From assembly GCA_963784455.1 (NCBI GenBank), contig CAWARN010000029.1, positions 45,834 through 109,833 on the forward strand: 64,000 nucleotides of DNA, written 5' to 3'. Every line of letters begins with the position of its first letter. Within the stretch, counting starts at the first letter, position 1. The translations under genes were made by a program, and so were the position numbers. The DNA comes from an uncultured Acidobacteriota bacterium. GTDB taxonomy: Bacteria > Acidobacteriota > Vicinamibacteria > Vicinamibacterales > Fen-181. This document shows, piece by piece, positions 54,180 to 64,000 of this stretch. Below the pieces are notes generated by a model. It was not told the origin of the DNA, ran no database searches, and saw only the letters and a list, made by a program, of their open reading frames with translations.

Positions 54180-54440
54180 ATGAGGACGACACTCACGCTC
54201 GACCCCGACGTCGCGGAACGGCTGACCGGCGAGGTCCGTCGCACGGGCCGGAGCCTCAAGGCGGCGGTCAACGATGCGCTGCGCCTCGGCCTCGGGCTCG
54301 GAGGGAAGCGTCTGCGCACTCCCCGATTCGTGGTGGAACCGCACGCGCTTGGCCTCAGGCCCGGCGTGGACCCGGACCGGCTGAACCAGCTTGTCGACGA
54401 ACTCGAAGCAGAGGAATCCGCCCGGAGGCTGGGACGATGA
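54180..54440 (+). CDS. vapB: VapB-type antitoxin
   Basis: MRTTLTLDPDV...SLKAAVNDALRLGL...GVDPDRLNQLVDELE. Confidence 0.88.
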   Translation: MRTTLTLDPDVAERLTGEVRRTGRSLKAAVNDALRLGLGLGGKRLRTPRFVVEPHALGLRPGVDPDRLNQLVDELEAEESARRLGR

Positions 54441-54865
54441 TCGTCCCGGACGTCAACGTGCTGGTGCACGCCTACAACAGCGAATCGCGCGTTCACGCGG
54501 CGGCGCGAGCCTGGTGGGAGTCGTTGCTCAACGGGAGCCGGCCGGTCGGCCTGCCCTGGGTGACCATCCTGGGCTTCATTCGCGTCGCCACCCACCCGCG
54601 GGTACTCGAGCGGCCCCTTTCACCGCAGGCCGCATGTGCCCCAGCGCGCGCCTGGCTGGAGCGTCCGTTGGTCGCCATCCTCCACCCCGGGGAGCGTCAC
54701 GCGGAGATCCTGTTCGGGCTCCTCGACCGCCTGGGCACGGGCGGGAACCTCACGACGGACGCCCACCTGGCGGCGCTGTGCATCGAGCATCAGGCCGAGT
54801 TGCACTCGACCGACGCCGACTTCTCGAGGTTCTCGGGGCTGCGCTGGAAGAACCCGCTGGCCTGA
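54437..54865 (+). CDS. vapC: VapC PIN toxin (mycobacterial-like subfamily)
   Basis: PDVNVLVHAYN...H..AR.WW, FIRVATHP, NLTTDAHLAAL, STDADFSRF.GL.W.NPL. Confidence 0.92.
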   Translation: MIVPDVNVLVHAYNSESRVHAAARAWWESLLNGSRPVGLPWVTILGFIRVATHPRVLERPLSPQAACAPARAWLERPLVAILHPGERHAEILFGLLDRLGTGGNLTTDAHLAALCIEHQAELHSTDADFSRFSGLRWKNPLA

Positions 54866-54989
54866 CGACGCGCCACGCCGGCCTCCCGTCATCCCGCGCG
54901 ACGTCGGCACGACGTCGATCGTGACGCCGTCTGCCACCTCACCGGGCGGGAGAGATGGCAGGCCGCGGTGAGCGGCCGCGGAGTTCCTG

Positions 54990-57054
54990 CTACTTGGCCT
55001 TGACGCCAGGCGCGGCAGCCGGCTTCGGCAGGAAGTTCTCCATCACCCAGACCTCCAGATTCAATTTGACATCGTCGATCGCCACGCGGCGGCCGTCTGG
55101 GTGCAGCCGGAGCGCTCCCGTCAACTGACCGGTGAAGGTCAGCCCGAGCGACTGCGGCTCGCCGCCCTCGGCTGCGACACGCCACAGTTGCCAGTGCCGG
55201 TCCCTGTAGGGAATCTGCGCCTCTCCTTTGACGCCTTTCAGAAAGGCGACGTAGCGGCCGTCGGGCGTCCACGACGGGATACCCCAGAAGGGAACATCCT
55301 CCTCGTCGACCCTGACCAACTGCCGGACCTCTCCCCCGGCGACCGGCATGGCGAGCAGCACCAGGGACTTGGCGTCCACCACCGCGAGCAACAGTCGCCG
55401 GCCATCGGGCGACGCCACGCCCACCTGGATGCGGCCAGGTCCGGGTTTCTCAGCGACGACCTTCTCCTGGCCGGACCTGAGATCGTAGGCCGCGAGGCCA
55501 CCACCCTTGGGGTAATAGACGGTGTTGCCATCAGGGGAGAACTCGAAGCGCTGAAAGCCGGTCCCGACCGGAAGCGGCATCAGCGAGGTGACCCGCCCCG
55601 TCTGGACATCGATGCGCACAAGGCTCTTGCCCTTCCCGGATTCGAATCCGGGAATCGCAACGGCCCTTCCATCCGGCGTCCAGCGGAGGCGAGCCCCCAT
55701 CTCTATCGTTTGCGCACCAACCTCGAACTCCCGCTCCTCGCCCGTATCGAGGGAGCGGACAATCACGGTTCGGTTCGGCTCGCGGATGAGCACGTACGCG
55801 AGGAAGCGTCCGTCGGGCGACCAGTCTGGAGCCCAGATGTTGCCGCGCGCAGATGCAGACTTCGGCGGCGAGACCACCTTCCCGCTGGCCGGATCGAGCT
55901 CTGCAACCCTGACACCCCATACGTTGTTGTTCACCAGGTAGTAGAAGGCCCCTGAACTGGTGAACCCCATGGGCTCGAAGCCCCAGTCCTTCTTGACGAA
56001 GATCGGTTCGCCCTGCGCCTTCCCGCCGGTCACCGCGATCAGCCACGCGTCGGCCGATCCTGACCGCTCGCTGGAGAACAGAATGTGCTTCCCGTCCGGC
56101 GCCCAGCCCAGGACGCTGTGGTTCGATCGATCCGGGATGAGCGGCGACTCAGTCCCCGTCTGGAGTTCGAACAGCGACATGCCCTCCGTGCGTCGACCAG
56201 GCGATGTACCGTCCGTCGGGCGAGAACACCCCACCTGGAGAGGGTCCTTTCCCGTCGCCTTCAGCAGCTTCGCCGAGCCGTCGGCGACGGTCACCAGCAT
56301 CATGTCGCGGGTCCCGTCGGCCTTCGCGAATTCGGTCAGCAGGTGCTTGCCGTCAGGCGACCATGCCAGCGGAATCAGGATGACGACTCCACTTCCGGAG
56401 ACTCCGAGGACCCGCGGTTTCGAACCGTCGAGGCCGACGACGCGCAGATTCGAACCCGCCACGGCGGCGCCAGGCGTACGCGACACTCTTGCCGTCGGGC
56501 GAGGGCGCGGAGTACTCCCCGCACTCCTCGGGCCCATTCAGGCTGCCCTCTTCGGTCAACCGCCGGTCCCGCCCGGTGGCGAGGTCGTGGATGGCGAGAT
56601 TCCAGCTCATGTCCGTGAACGAGATGAAGCGGCCGTCGGCCGACACCTTGTGCGCCACCCCTTTCGACACCCTCCTTACGGCCAGCGTCGAACTGCCCAC
56701 TGCGCCGGCGGTTCCCGCCAGCGCAGCCAGCCGCGCCCGCGCGTGGGCGGCGGCGTCACCCTGGTCGGCGTAATCGCGGATCACCTGTTCATACGCCTTG
56801 CGGGCGTCGGCTTGCCCAAGCTTCTCGTAGCAGCCGCCGAGTTGGACGAGCGCCTTGGCCCGAACGACCCTGTCGCTGGGGAAGCGCGTGATGATCGCGT
56901 TGTAGTCGCGAATCGCCGCCTGAAGATCGCCCTCGACGAACTCGCGATGCACGGCCGCCTTGAGCGCCACGTCAGCCGACGGCGCTTGCTGTGCGGTGAT
57001 GGCCGTTGTCAGGATCAGGATCGCCAGCAGGATGGAGAGGCGAATCTTCATCAT
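54990..57054 (-). CDS. Secreted TPR + TolB/PD40 propeller protein (module 2; frameshifted)
   Basis: Signal peptide MMKIRLSILLAILILTTAITA; LKAAVHREFVEGDLQAAI...ALVQLGGCYEKLG; WSPDG repeats; EVWVMENFLP. Confidence 0.85.
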
Positions 57055-57072
57055 CGAATCCTCCTGGCACCC

Positions 57073-57126
57073 AATGTAGCGGGCCACTGCTCCGGTGCGA
57101 TGGCCGTTCGGTCACCGTTCGGTCAC
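57073..57126 (-). promoter_or_regulatory. Putative OmpR-type tandem site and -10 (module 2 propeller gene)
   Basis: CCGTTCGGTCA x2 (GTCAC at 57111 and 57122). TACATT at 57073-57078. Confidence 0.7.
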
Positions 57127-57129
57127 GGG

Positions 57130-57808
57130 TCAGCCGTCAAATCGGTAGCCGAAGCCGCGGATGCTCAACACGAACGCCGGCTTCGACGGGTCCGCCTCGA
57201 TCTTCCTGCGCAGGCTGGTCACCTGGTTGTCGACGACGCGGTCGGTGACAAACGTGCCGGAGCCCCACGCCTCGTCGATGAGCTGCTGGCGGCTCATGGC
57301 CCGGCCGTGGTGGCGGACGAGCGCGGCGAGCAGCTTGAACTCGAGGGGGGTGAGCGGGACGACCTCGCCGCCGCGCCTCATCTCGCGCCGCCCCATGTCG
57401 ACCTCGCAGTCGCCGAATCGATACGTCCCGGGGTCATCGTCCGACGTTCGGCGCAGGACCGCCTTGATGCGGGCCCGCAGCTCCCGGGCGCTGTACGGTT
57501 TCGTCACGTAGTCGTCGGCGCCGAGTTCCAGACCGAGCACCTTCTCCGCTTCCTGAGTCCTCGCGGTCAGCATCACGATCGGCGTGCGGATGCCCGGCGC
57601 GCCGGATGTCGCGGCACACGTCGAATCCGTCCTTGCGCGGCAGCATGACGTCGAGCAGGATTGCGTCGAAGGCGCCCTCGATGGCCCGGCTGGTCCCTGT
57701 CTCGCCGTCAGCGACGACTTCCACGAGGTAGCCCTCGGATCTCAGGTCATCGTCGAGCGCCATCGCGATCCCGTCATCGTCCTCCACCACGAGAATGCGC
57801 TTCGTCAC
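57130..57808 (-). CDS. OmpR/PhoB-family response regulator (module 2; frameshift near 57590)
   Basis: RILVVEDD, LLDVMLP, GADDYVTKPY, LRRKIE, IRGFGYRFDG. Confidence 0.93.
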
Positions 57809-57835
57809 GACTGGCTCCTCCTGACGGACGTGCGG

Positions 57836-59848
57836 TCAGACTCCCTCCTGTTCCACGACGGGCAGCAGGATGGAGAACGTGCTGCCGCCGCTGGGTTCGC
57901 TCTCAATCTGGATGTCGCCATGGTGTGCCCGCACGATCTGCCGCGCCATCGCCAGCCCGACGCCGGTGCCCTTCACGGCGGAGTGACGCGCAGCGGCGCC
58001 GCGGACGAACTTCTGGAAGATCCGCCGCCGCTCGCCAGCCGGGACGCCCGGTCCGTGGTCTCGAACGCGCACGGCGACCCGCGATCCGGCGCGCTCCACC
58101 ACCACGCGAATCGGCGCGTCGTCTGGCGAGTACTTGGCTGCGTTGTCGAGCAGGTTCGAAAGCGCGTGGCTGAACGCGTCCGCATCGACTCGAATGGAGG
58201 GAAGCGTGTCGCCGGCCTCGATCTCGAGCGAGTGTCGCGCAGCCTCCGGCCGCGCGCGGAACTGCTCGACGATGCGCGAGACGACGAGAGCGGGGTCGGC
58301 CGGCTCCAGCGCGTACCGCTGGGCGCCGGCTTCGATGCGACCGAAGTCGAGCAGCGTCTCGACGAAGTGCTGGAGCCTCTCGGTCTCGCGTGCAAAGACC
58401 TCGTAGTACTGCTGCCTCCGCGCCTCGTCCACGGTACGGCCGGTCCTGAGCAACTCGGTCAGATGGCTCATCGACGTCAGCGGTGTGCGGAATTCGTGCG
58501 ACACGGCGGACACGAAATCGGCCTGGAGCCTGGCGACCGCCAGTTCCCTGTGCACGGCGCGAGCCACGACGAGGGTGCCGGCCACGACAAGAAAGCCGAG
58601 GAGCGCAAGACCGACCAGCAGCAATTGCCGGCGGCCGGCGAGGTCCGCCATGTCCAGGCGCGGATCGGCGCCAGTCACCCGAATCGCCCAGGGCAGCCGC
58701 GTATCCTGCGCCATTCTGACGGCGACCGGCCCCGCTGCGGGGGCGGTCGCATCCCCCAGGGCCCAATGACCCGCGCCGTCGATCAGCGCGAGCGCCGCTC
58801 GCCGATTCCGCCAGATGGTCTGCCAGTTCGCATTCAGGTAGCGGGATGAAGCGACCAGGACCATCGCTCGATCGGGCGCGCCGCGCCAGACCAGCAGCAC
58901 CGCCTCCCCGTCGATCCATGCGCTTCGCCATCCGCCCCAATTGGAATCAGCGCGCCCCGAGTCTCGCCACTCCGTCCACGCCAGTTCGACGGCAGCGGCG
59001 AGTGCGAGGCTCTCCCTTCTGCGTTCGAGGTCGTGGGCTACCCGTGATGGGCGGCCCAGTACCCGGTGCGCTTCCATGACCCGCCTCGGGCGCCGCCAGC
59101 CAGCGCTGCGCCCGCTCCCAGTGGAAGAAGAAGCCGGCGCGGTCGAGAGGCCACTGGCCGGCTTCGAGTGCGTTCGACAGAGCCGATGCCTCGCGTTCGA
59201 GTCCGACAATCGCTGCAGTTCGCCCAGAAGCGCGCACCGCTCCTGACGCGCCAGCAGATTGGCGGCCTCGCCACCGACCTGGACCGCACCAAGGGCCCCG
59301 AGTCGATCATAAGCATCGAGCGCTTCGTCGAGGCGGCGCAACTTGCGGAGGGTTCGAGCCAGCCGGACCAGGCTTCCGGCTCGCACGCGGGGATCGGGGG
59401 AGTTGGCGAGGCTCCTGTAGATGGCGCATGCGCGCTCCGGGTTCGCGTTCCGGAATTCCTCGATCTCGCCGGGGCGCCACTGGTCGCCGGGCGGATCGGC
59501 GTCGGCGATTGCGGTCGGAACCCACAGCAGCGGCGCCCCCGCGCGGCGCGACACGCCGCTGGCATCGAACGCCACGACCAACGCTCCGTCTCGGGCGAGC
59601 GCGCTTGGCGGAGAGGCGAGGAACGCCGGCAGGCGATCGCGGATCCCGTCGAGTTCGCGTACAACGTCGGAGGCGATCGCACTGGCCGCGCGCTCGATGC
59701 GCTCCTGGATTCGCTGTCGCTCGAGGTCGCGGTCCTGCTGAAGCAGTCGCGCTCCGAGCCAGACGAGGGCGACGCCAGGCACGAGCGTCGCTGCCAGGAA
59801 CAACGCCAGCAGATAGTGCGGCGGGCGAAGCCAGTTTCCGAACGGCAT
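57836..59848 (-). CDS. Sensor histidine kinase with periplasmic TPR-like sensor (module 2)
   Basis: Two TM segments; AVSHEFRTPL, NLLDNAAKYS, DHGPGV, GTGVGLA. Likely compensating indels near 59050-59200. Confidence 0.92.
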   Translation of the reverse strand: MPFGNWLRPPHYLLALFLAATLVPGVALVWLGARLLQQDRDLERQRIQERIERAASAIASDVVRELDGIRDRLPAFLASPPSALARDGALVVAFDASGVSRRAGAPLLWVPTAIADADPPGDQWRPGEIEEFRNANPERACAIYRSLANSPDPRVRAGSLVRLARTLRKLRRLDEALDAYDRLGALGAVQVGGEAANLLARQERCALLGELQRLSDSNARHRLCRTHSKPASGLSTAPASSSTGSGRSAGWRRPRRVMEAHRVLGRPSRVAHDLERRRESLALAAAVELAWTEWRDSGRADSNWGGWRSAWIDGEAVLLVWRGAPDRAMVLVASSRYLNANWQTIWRNRRAALALIDGAGHWALGDATAPAAGPVAVRMAQDTRLPWAIRVTGADPRLDMADLAGRRQLLLVGLALLGFLVVAGTLVVARAVHRELAVARLQADFVSAVSHEFRTPLTSMSHLTELLRTGRTVDEARRQQYYEVFARETERLQHFVETLLDFGRIEAGAQRYALEPADPALVVSRIVEQFRARPEAARHSLEIEAGDTLPSIRVDADAFSHALSNLLDNAAKYSPDDAPIRVVVERAGSRVAVRVRDHGPGVPAGERRRIFQKFVRGAAARHSAVKGTGVGLAMARQIVRAHHGDIQIESEPSGGSTFSILLPVVEQEGV

Positions 59849-59890
59849 GCGCTTCCGGGAGAGGGGGGCGTGACGGTGGAACTGTAACCC

Positions 59891-59955
59891 AGATTGCTGG
59901 CGTCGACTCCTCGGTTTCGGGCAGTTGTGTCAGGAAACGGTCACGGTGCGGTCAT
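59891..59955 (-). promoter_or_regulatory. Putative OmpR-type triple repeat and -10 (module 2 kinase)
   Basis: GTCAG 59929, GTCAC 59940, GTCAT 59951. CAATCT at 59891-59896. Confidence 0.65.
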
Positions 59956-59972
59956 GGTCCGGGACCGGCGCA

Positions 59973-62091
59973 TTACTTCGTCTTCGCTCCGCCCGCCGCG
60001 CCAGCCTTCGGCAGGAAGTTCTCCATCACCCAGACCTCCAGGTCCACTTTGACATCGCTGATCGCCACCCGGCGGCCGTCGGGGTGCAGCCGCAACTCAA
60101 TCACGGTCCCTCCGACAATGGTCAGCCCCAGCCGCTGCGGTTCTCCGCCCTCGGCTGCGACACGCCACAGCTCCCATGGCCCTTTCTGTTTCTTGACGCG
60201 CTTCAGATAGACGACGGACTTGCCGTCAGGCGTCCACGACGGCGAGCCCGGGAACGGGACTTCCTGCTCGCCATCGACACTGGCCACCTCCCGGGCCTGT
60301 CCCCCGGCAGCCGGCATGACGAGCAGCACCTGACGCTTGCCGTCGGAGGTGGCGATCAGCAGTCGCTGGCCATCGGGCGACACCACGCCCGCAAAGAGGC
60401 CTGGCTTCTGGACGATTTGCGTCTCTTGGCCGGATCGCACATCGCGGGACACGAAGCGAGCCCCGTTACTGTAGAAGATGCTGTTGCCATCGTGAGAAAA
60501 GTCGAAGCCCTGCCAGTTCATAGCCGGAAAAGGCATCAGCGAAGTCACCTGCCCCGTTTGGACATCAATCCGGATCAGGTACGCGTCCTTTCCGGCTTCC
60601 GACGCCTGCACCACGACGGCCTTCCCGTCTGGCGTCCAGCGGAGGCCACCCCATTTGACTGTCCTCTCACCGACCCGAAGCTCCCGCTCCTCGCCAGAAT
60701 CCATGGAACGGATGATCACAGCCTGGCCGCTGGAGACACCGACCGCGAGCGAGCGTCCGTCGGGAGACCAGTCTGGAGCCCGCGTATTGCCGTGTCGAAA
60801 TGCAGACTGCGGCGGCGAGACCACCTTGCCGCTGGCCTGGTCGAGTTCTGCGATCCGAACATCGAAGACGCTGTTGTTGACCCCGTAGTAGAAGGCACCT
60901 GAGCGGGTGAACCCCATAGGCTGGGAGCCGCGGGTGAACGCCATGGGCCTGGAGCCCAAGTTCTGCTTGACGAACATCGGTTCGCCCTGGGCCTTCCCAT
61001 CGGCCACCGCGATCGAGCCACGCATCGGCCGAGCCCGAACGCTCACTGGAGAACAGGATGTGTCTGCCGTCTGGAGCCCAGCCCAGGACGCTGTGGTTCG
61101 ACCGATCCGGGATGAGAGGCGACTCGGTTCCGGTCGCGGAGTTCGAACAACGAGATCCCCTCCTTGGTCGCCCAGGCGATGTACCGTCCGTCAGGCGAGA
61201 ACACCCCACCTGGAGTCCGGTCATTTCCCAGCGCTCTCAGCAGCGTCGTCGAGCCGTCAGCGACGGCCACCAGCATCATGTCGCGGGTGTTGTCGGCCTT
61301 CACGAACTCGGCGAGCAGGTGCCTGCCGTCGGGCGACCATGCCAGTGGAATGTGGCCTCTGACACCGTCTCCGGCGGCCTGCAGGACCCGGGGCTTCGAG
61401 CCATCGAGCCCGACGACGCACAGGTCGGACGCGCCACCCGACGAGTTGACCCAGGCGTAGGCGACGGCTCTTGCTGTCGGGCGAGGGCACGGAGGGTTCG
61501 GCGAACCACCCGCTCTCCGCAAAGTCGGCCGTGTTGGTCAACAGCCGGTTCTGGCCCGTGGCGAGGTCGCGGATGGCGAGATTGCCATTCGCATCCCAGT
61601 CGGTGAACGACAGGAAACGGCCGTCGGGCGTCACCTTTCCCGTCACCTCCGCTCCCGCCCATACCCGCCTCACGGCCAGCGTCGAACCGCCCGCTTCGCC
61701 GGCGGTTCCCGCCAGCGCAGCCAGCCGCGCCCGCGCGTGTGCCAGGGCATCTTGCTGGTCGCCGTACTGCGGCGACGATCCGTTCGTACGCCTTCCGCGC
61801 TTCCGCCGCCTGCGCGGCGCCGAGCTTCTCGTAGCACTGGCCAAGTCCGACAAGTGCGCGCGCGGCCACCGGCCGGTTGGTGCCGTAGCGTGCCAGGACG
61901 TCGCGGTAGATCGCGACCGCCTCGTCCAGCTTGCCTTCGACGACGTGCTTTGCGCGCGCGGCCTGCAGCAGCGCCTCTGCCTGATCGGCCTTCTGCGCGA
62001 AGATGGCGGTCGACGCGGCGACAAGCGCCACCGCGCCCAGCGCCACCACCGCCACTCCCCACCAACTCTTCGGGCCTCTTGTCTTCCGCAT
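59973..62091 (-). CDS. Secreted TPR + TolB/PD40 propeller protein (module 3; frameshifted)
   Basis: Signal peptide; LQAARAKHVVEGKLDEAV...ALVGLGQCYEKLG; WSPDG repeats; EVWVMENFLP. Confidence 0.85.
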
Positions 62092-62110
62092 CGTCGCTAC
62101 CTCCAGGCCC

Positions 62111-62164
62111 ATGGTCTCGCCTGCCCGTCGGGAACCGATGGCATCGGTGTCAGGTTCGTGTGAG
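62111..62164 (-). promoter_or_regulatory. Putative OmpR-type tandem site and -10 (module 3 propeller gene)
   Basis: GTCAG 62149 and GTGAG 62160. GACCAT at 62111-62116. Confidence 0.55.
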
Positions 62165-62177
62165 ACCTGAGGCCTCG

Positions 62178-62853
62178 CTACCCGTCGAAGCGGTACCCGG
62201 CGCCCCGCACGCTGACGACGTATCGCGGCACGGCCGGATCGGGCTCGATCTTCCGGCGCAAGTTGACGATGTGCGTGTCGACGGCGCGGTCGGTGACGAA
62301 CACGCCGTGGCCCCAGACCTCGTTCAGCAACTGCTCGCGCGAGAGCACCCGGCCGCGATGCCCGATGAAGGCCGACAGCAGCTTGAATTCGATCGTCGTC
62401 ACCTCGAGCGGGACGCCGCCTGCACCGCAGTTCGCGCCGGCCGAAGTCCACCTCCACCTGGCCGAATCGATAGATCTCCGGCGTCTCCACCGCAGCGCGC
62501 CGCAGTGCGGCCTTGACCCGTGCGCGAAGTTCGCGCGCGCCGAAGGGCTTGGTGACGTAGTCGTCGGCGCCAATCTCGAGGCCCATCACCTTGTCGGATT
62601 CCTGGGTCTTCGCCGTGAGCATGATGATGGGCATGCGCAGGCCGGCGCCTCGCACCGTGCGGCACACCTCGAAGCCGTCCTTGCCAGGCAGCATCACGTC
62701 GAGGATGGCGAGGTCGAAGCGGCCCGACGTGAGGGCGGCGATGGCCGCCTCGCCGTCGCTGACGATGTCGACCTCGTGGCCTTCGAGCGCGAGATCGTCG
62801 CGCAGCAGCGTGGCGATCGACAGCTCATCTTCGACAATCAGGATCCGCGGCAT
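62178..62853 (-). CDS. OmpR/PhoB-family response regulator (module 3; frameshift near 62425)
   Basis: MPRILIVEDE, ILDVMLPG, GADDYVTKPF, LRRKIEPDP, VRGAGYRFDG. Confidence 0.93.
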
Positions 62854-64000
62854 CGGGATCTCCAAGAGGGAAGCGTGATGGTGAACGTGCTGCCGTCGCC
62901 CGGCGTGCTCTCCACGCGCACGTGCCCGCCGTGGGCGCTCACGATGTGCCGCACCATCGCGAGCCCGAGGCCCGTGCCTTTCGCGCCGACGGCGGCCGCG
63001 TTGGCGCCTCGGGCGAACTTGTCGAAGATGCGGCGCTGGTCATCCGGCGACACCCCGACGCCACGATCCCGCACGGCGATCGCGACGGACGTCGCCGGTG
63101 ATCGCCGTTGTCAGCCACACGGTCTTGTTCGATGGCGAGTACTTGACCGCGTTGTCGAGGAGGTTCCAGATCGCCCGCCCAAGCGCCTCGCGATCGGCCG
63201 AGACCCAGGCGTCTTCGGACCGGAGCGTCGTTTCCACCCGATAGCCCGCCGCTGCCACGCCTGCCGAGAACTCCCCGGTCAACGCCCGCACGAGCGCCGT
63301 GACGTCCACCGGCTCGAGGCGGTACTCCAGCGCGCCCGACTCCATGCGGCCGAAGTCCAGCAGCGATTCGACCAGGCGCTGCAACCGCTGGCCATCGCGC
63401 TGCTGCATCCGGTAGTACTCCCCGCGACGCGGCTCAGGCACCCGTCCCTCGACCAGCGCATCGCTCACTTGCCGCATCGACGTGAGTGGGGTCCGGAACT
63501 CGTGCGACACGGCGGCGACGAAGTCGGTCTGCAGCCGCGAGACCTCCAGTTCGCGATTGACCGCGCGTACGACGAAAGTCCCGCCGGCCAGAACGAACAA
63601 ACCGAGAGTGACCAGGCCGGCGAGGACCACCAGCCGGCGCGACTGGCGGGCCGCAGCCTCCGCGCCGGGGTCGGCATCGACGACGCGGATCGACCAGGGG
63701 AGGCCGCTGTCGGCGGCCGCGCGCTGCGCCTGACGGGCGCTGCCCGCCGGCGCGTTTCCGCCGATCGCGCGGCCCGCGCCCGGCGGGCGGCTGTCGGCGT
63801 CGTCGAGGATAAGCCGCGCGCGAGAGCGGGTGAGCGCTGCGCGGGCGGGCTCGGCCAGGCGCGCGTCGACAAAGCGAGGCCCTGCGGCCAGTGCGGCCCC
63901 GCGACGGGCTGCGGTGCGCCACGCGACCAGCACGGCAGCGCCGTCGGCGGCGACCAGCCTGCTGACGCCCGCGGATGTCGCGGTGGTGCGGGCGGTTTCC
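62838..64000 (-). CDS. Sensor histidine kinase (module 3; 5' end outside the window, frameshifted)
   Basis: TM2, AVSHEFRTPL, NLLDNAVKYS, DRGVGV, GTGLGLA. Confidence 0.9.

Overview
High-GC bacterial chromosome segment. Its gene families point to an Acidobacterium of the Vicinamibacteria (subdivision 6) type: a PadR + ADOP duplicated permease pair, a carboxypeptidase-domain TonB receptor, a sulfatase-TPR fusion and a Ser/Thr kinase-TolB fusion. This taxonomy is inference. Many genes are broken by single-base indels, probably long-read consensus errors, so gene models were stitched across frames by eye and boundaries are approximate. Layout: (1) 0-12 kb cell-wall, transport and housekeeping genes. 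(2) 12-26 kb OLD/YbjD nuclease, vapBC, GH3, padR-ADOP, CBM protein, garD, GH10 and an aldo/keto reductase. (3) 26-29.4 kb a dense toxin-antitoxin patch with gene debris and a recurring palindrome. (4) Three copies (29.5-34.4, 55.0-59.9 and 60.0->64 kb) of an uncharacterised module: a TPR-sensor histidine kinase, an OmpR-type regulator and a secreted TPR + TolB/PD40 beta-propeller protein. All five visible promoters of these modules share an 11-bp-period TGAC repeat at a fixed distance from a -10-like hexamer. (5) 34.4-54 kb an anaerobic purine/urate catabolism cluster (guaD, xdhABC-like, hydA, Se-type xdh, ssnA, ygeW, ygeY) in which two unusual PLP enzymes stand where ygeX/dpaL is expected, interrupted by a kinase gene. 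No rRNA, tRNA, CRISPR array, integrase or transposase was recognised. Several families of short intergenic repeats are present (GTAG-REP/REPIN, heptamer arrays, CCCTTCG..CTCAGGG elements).
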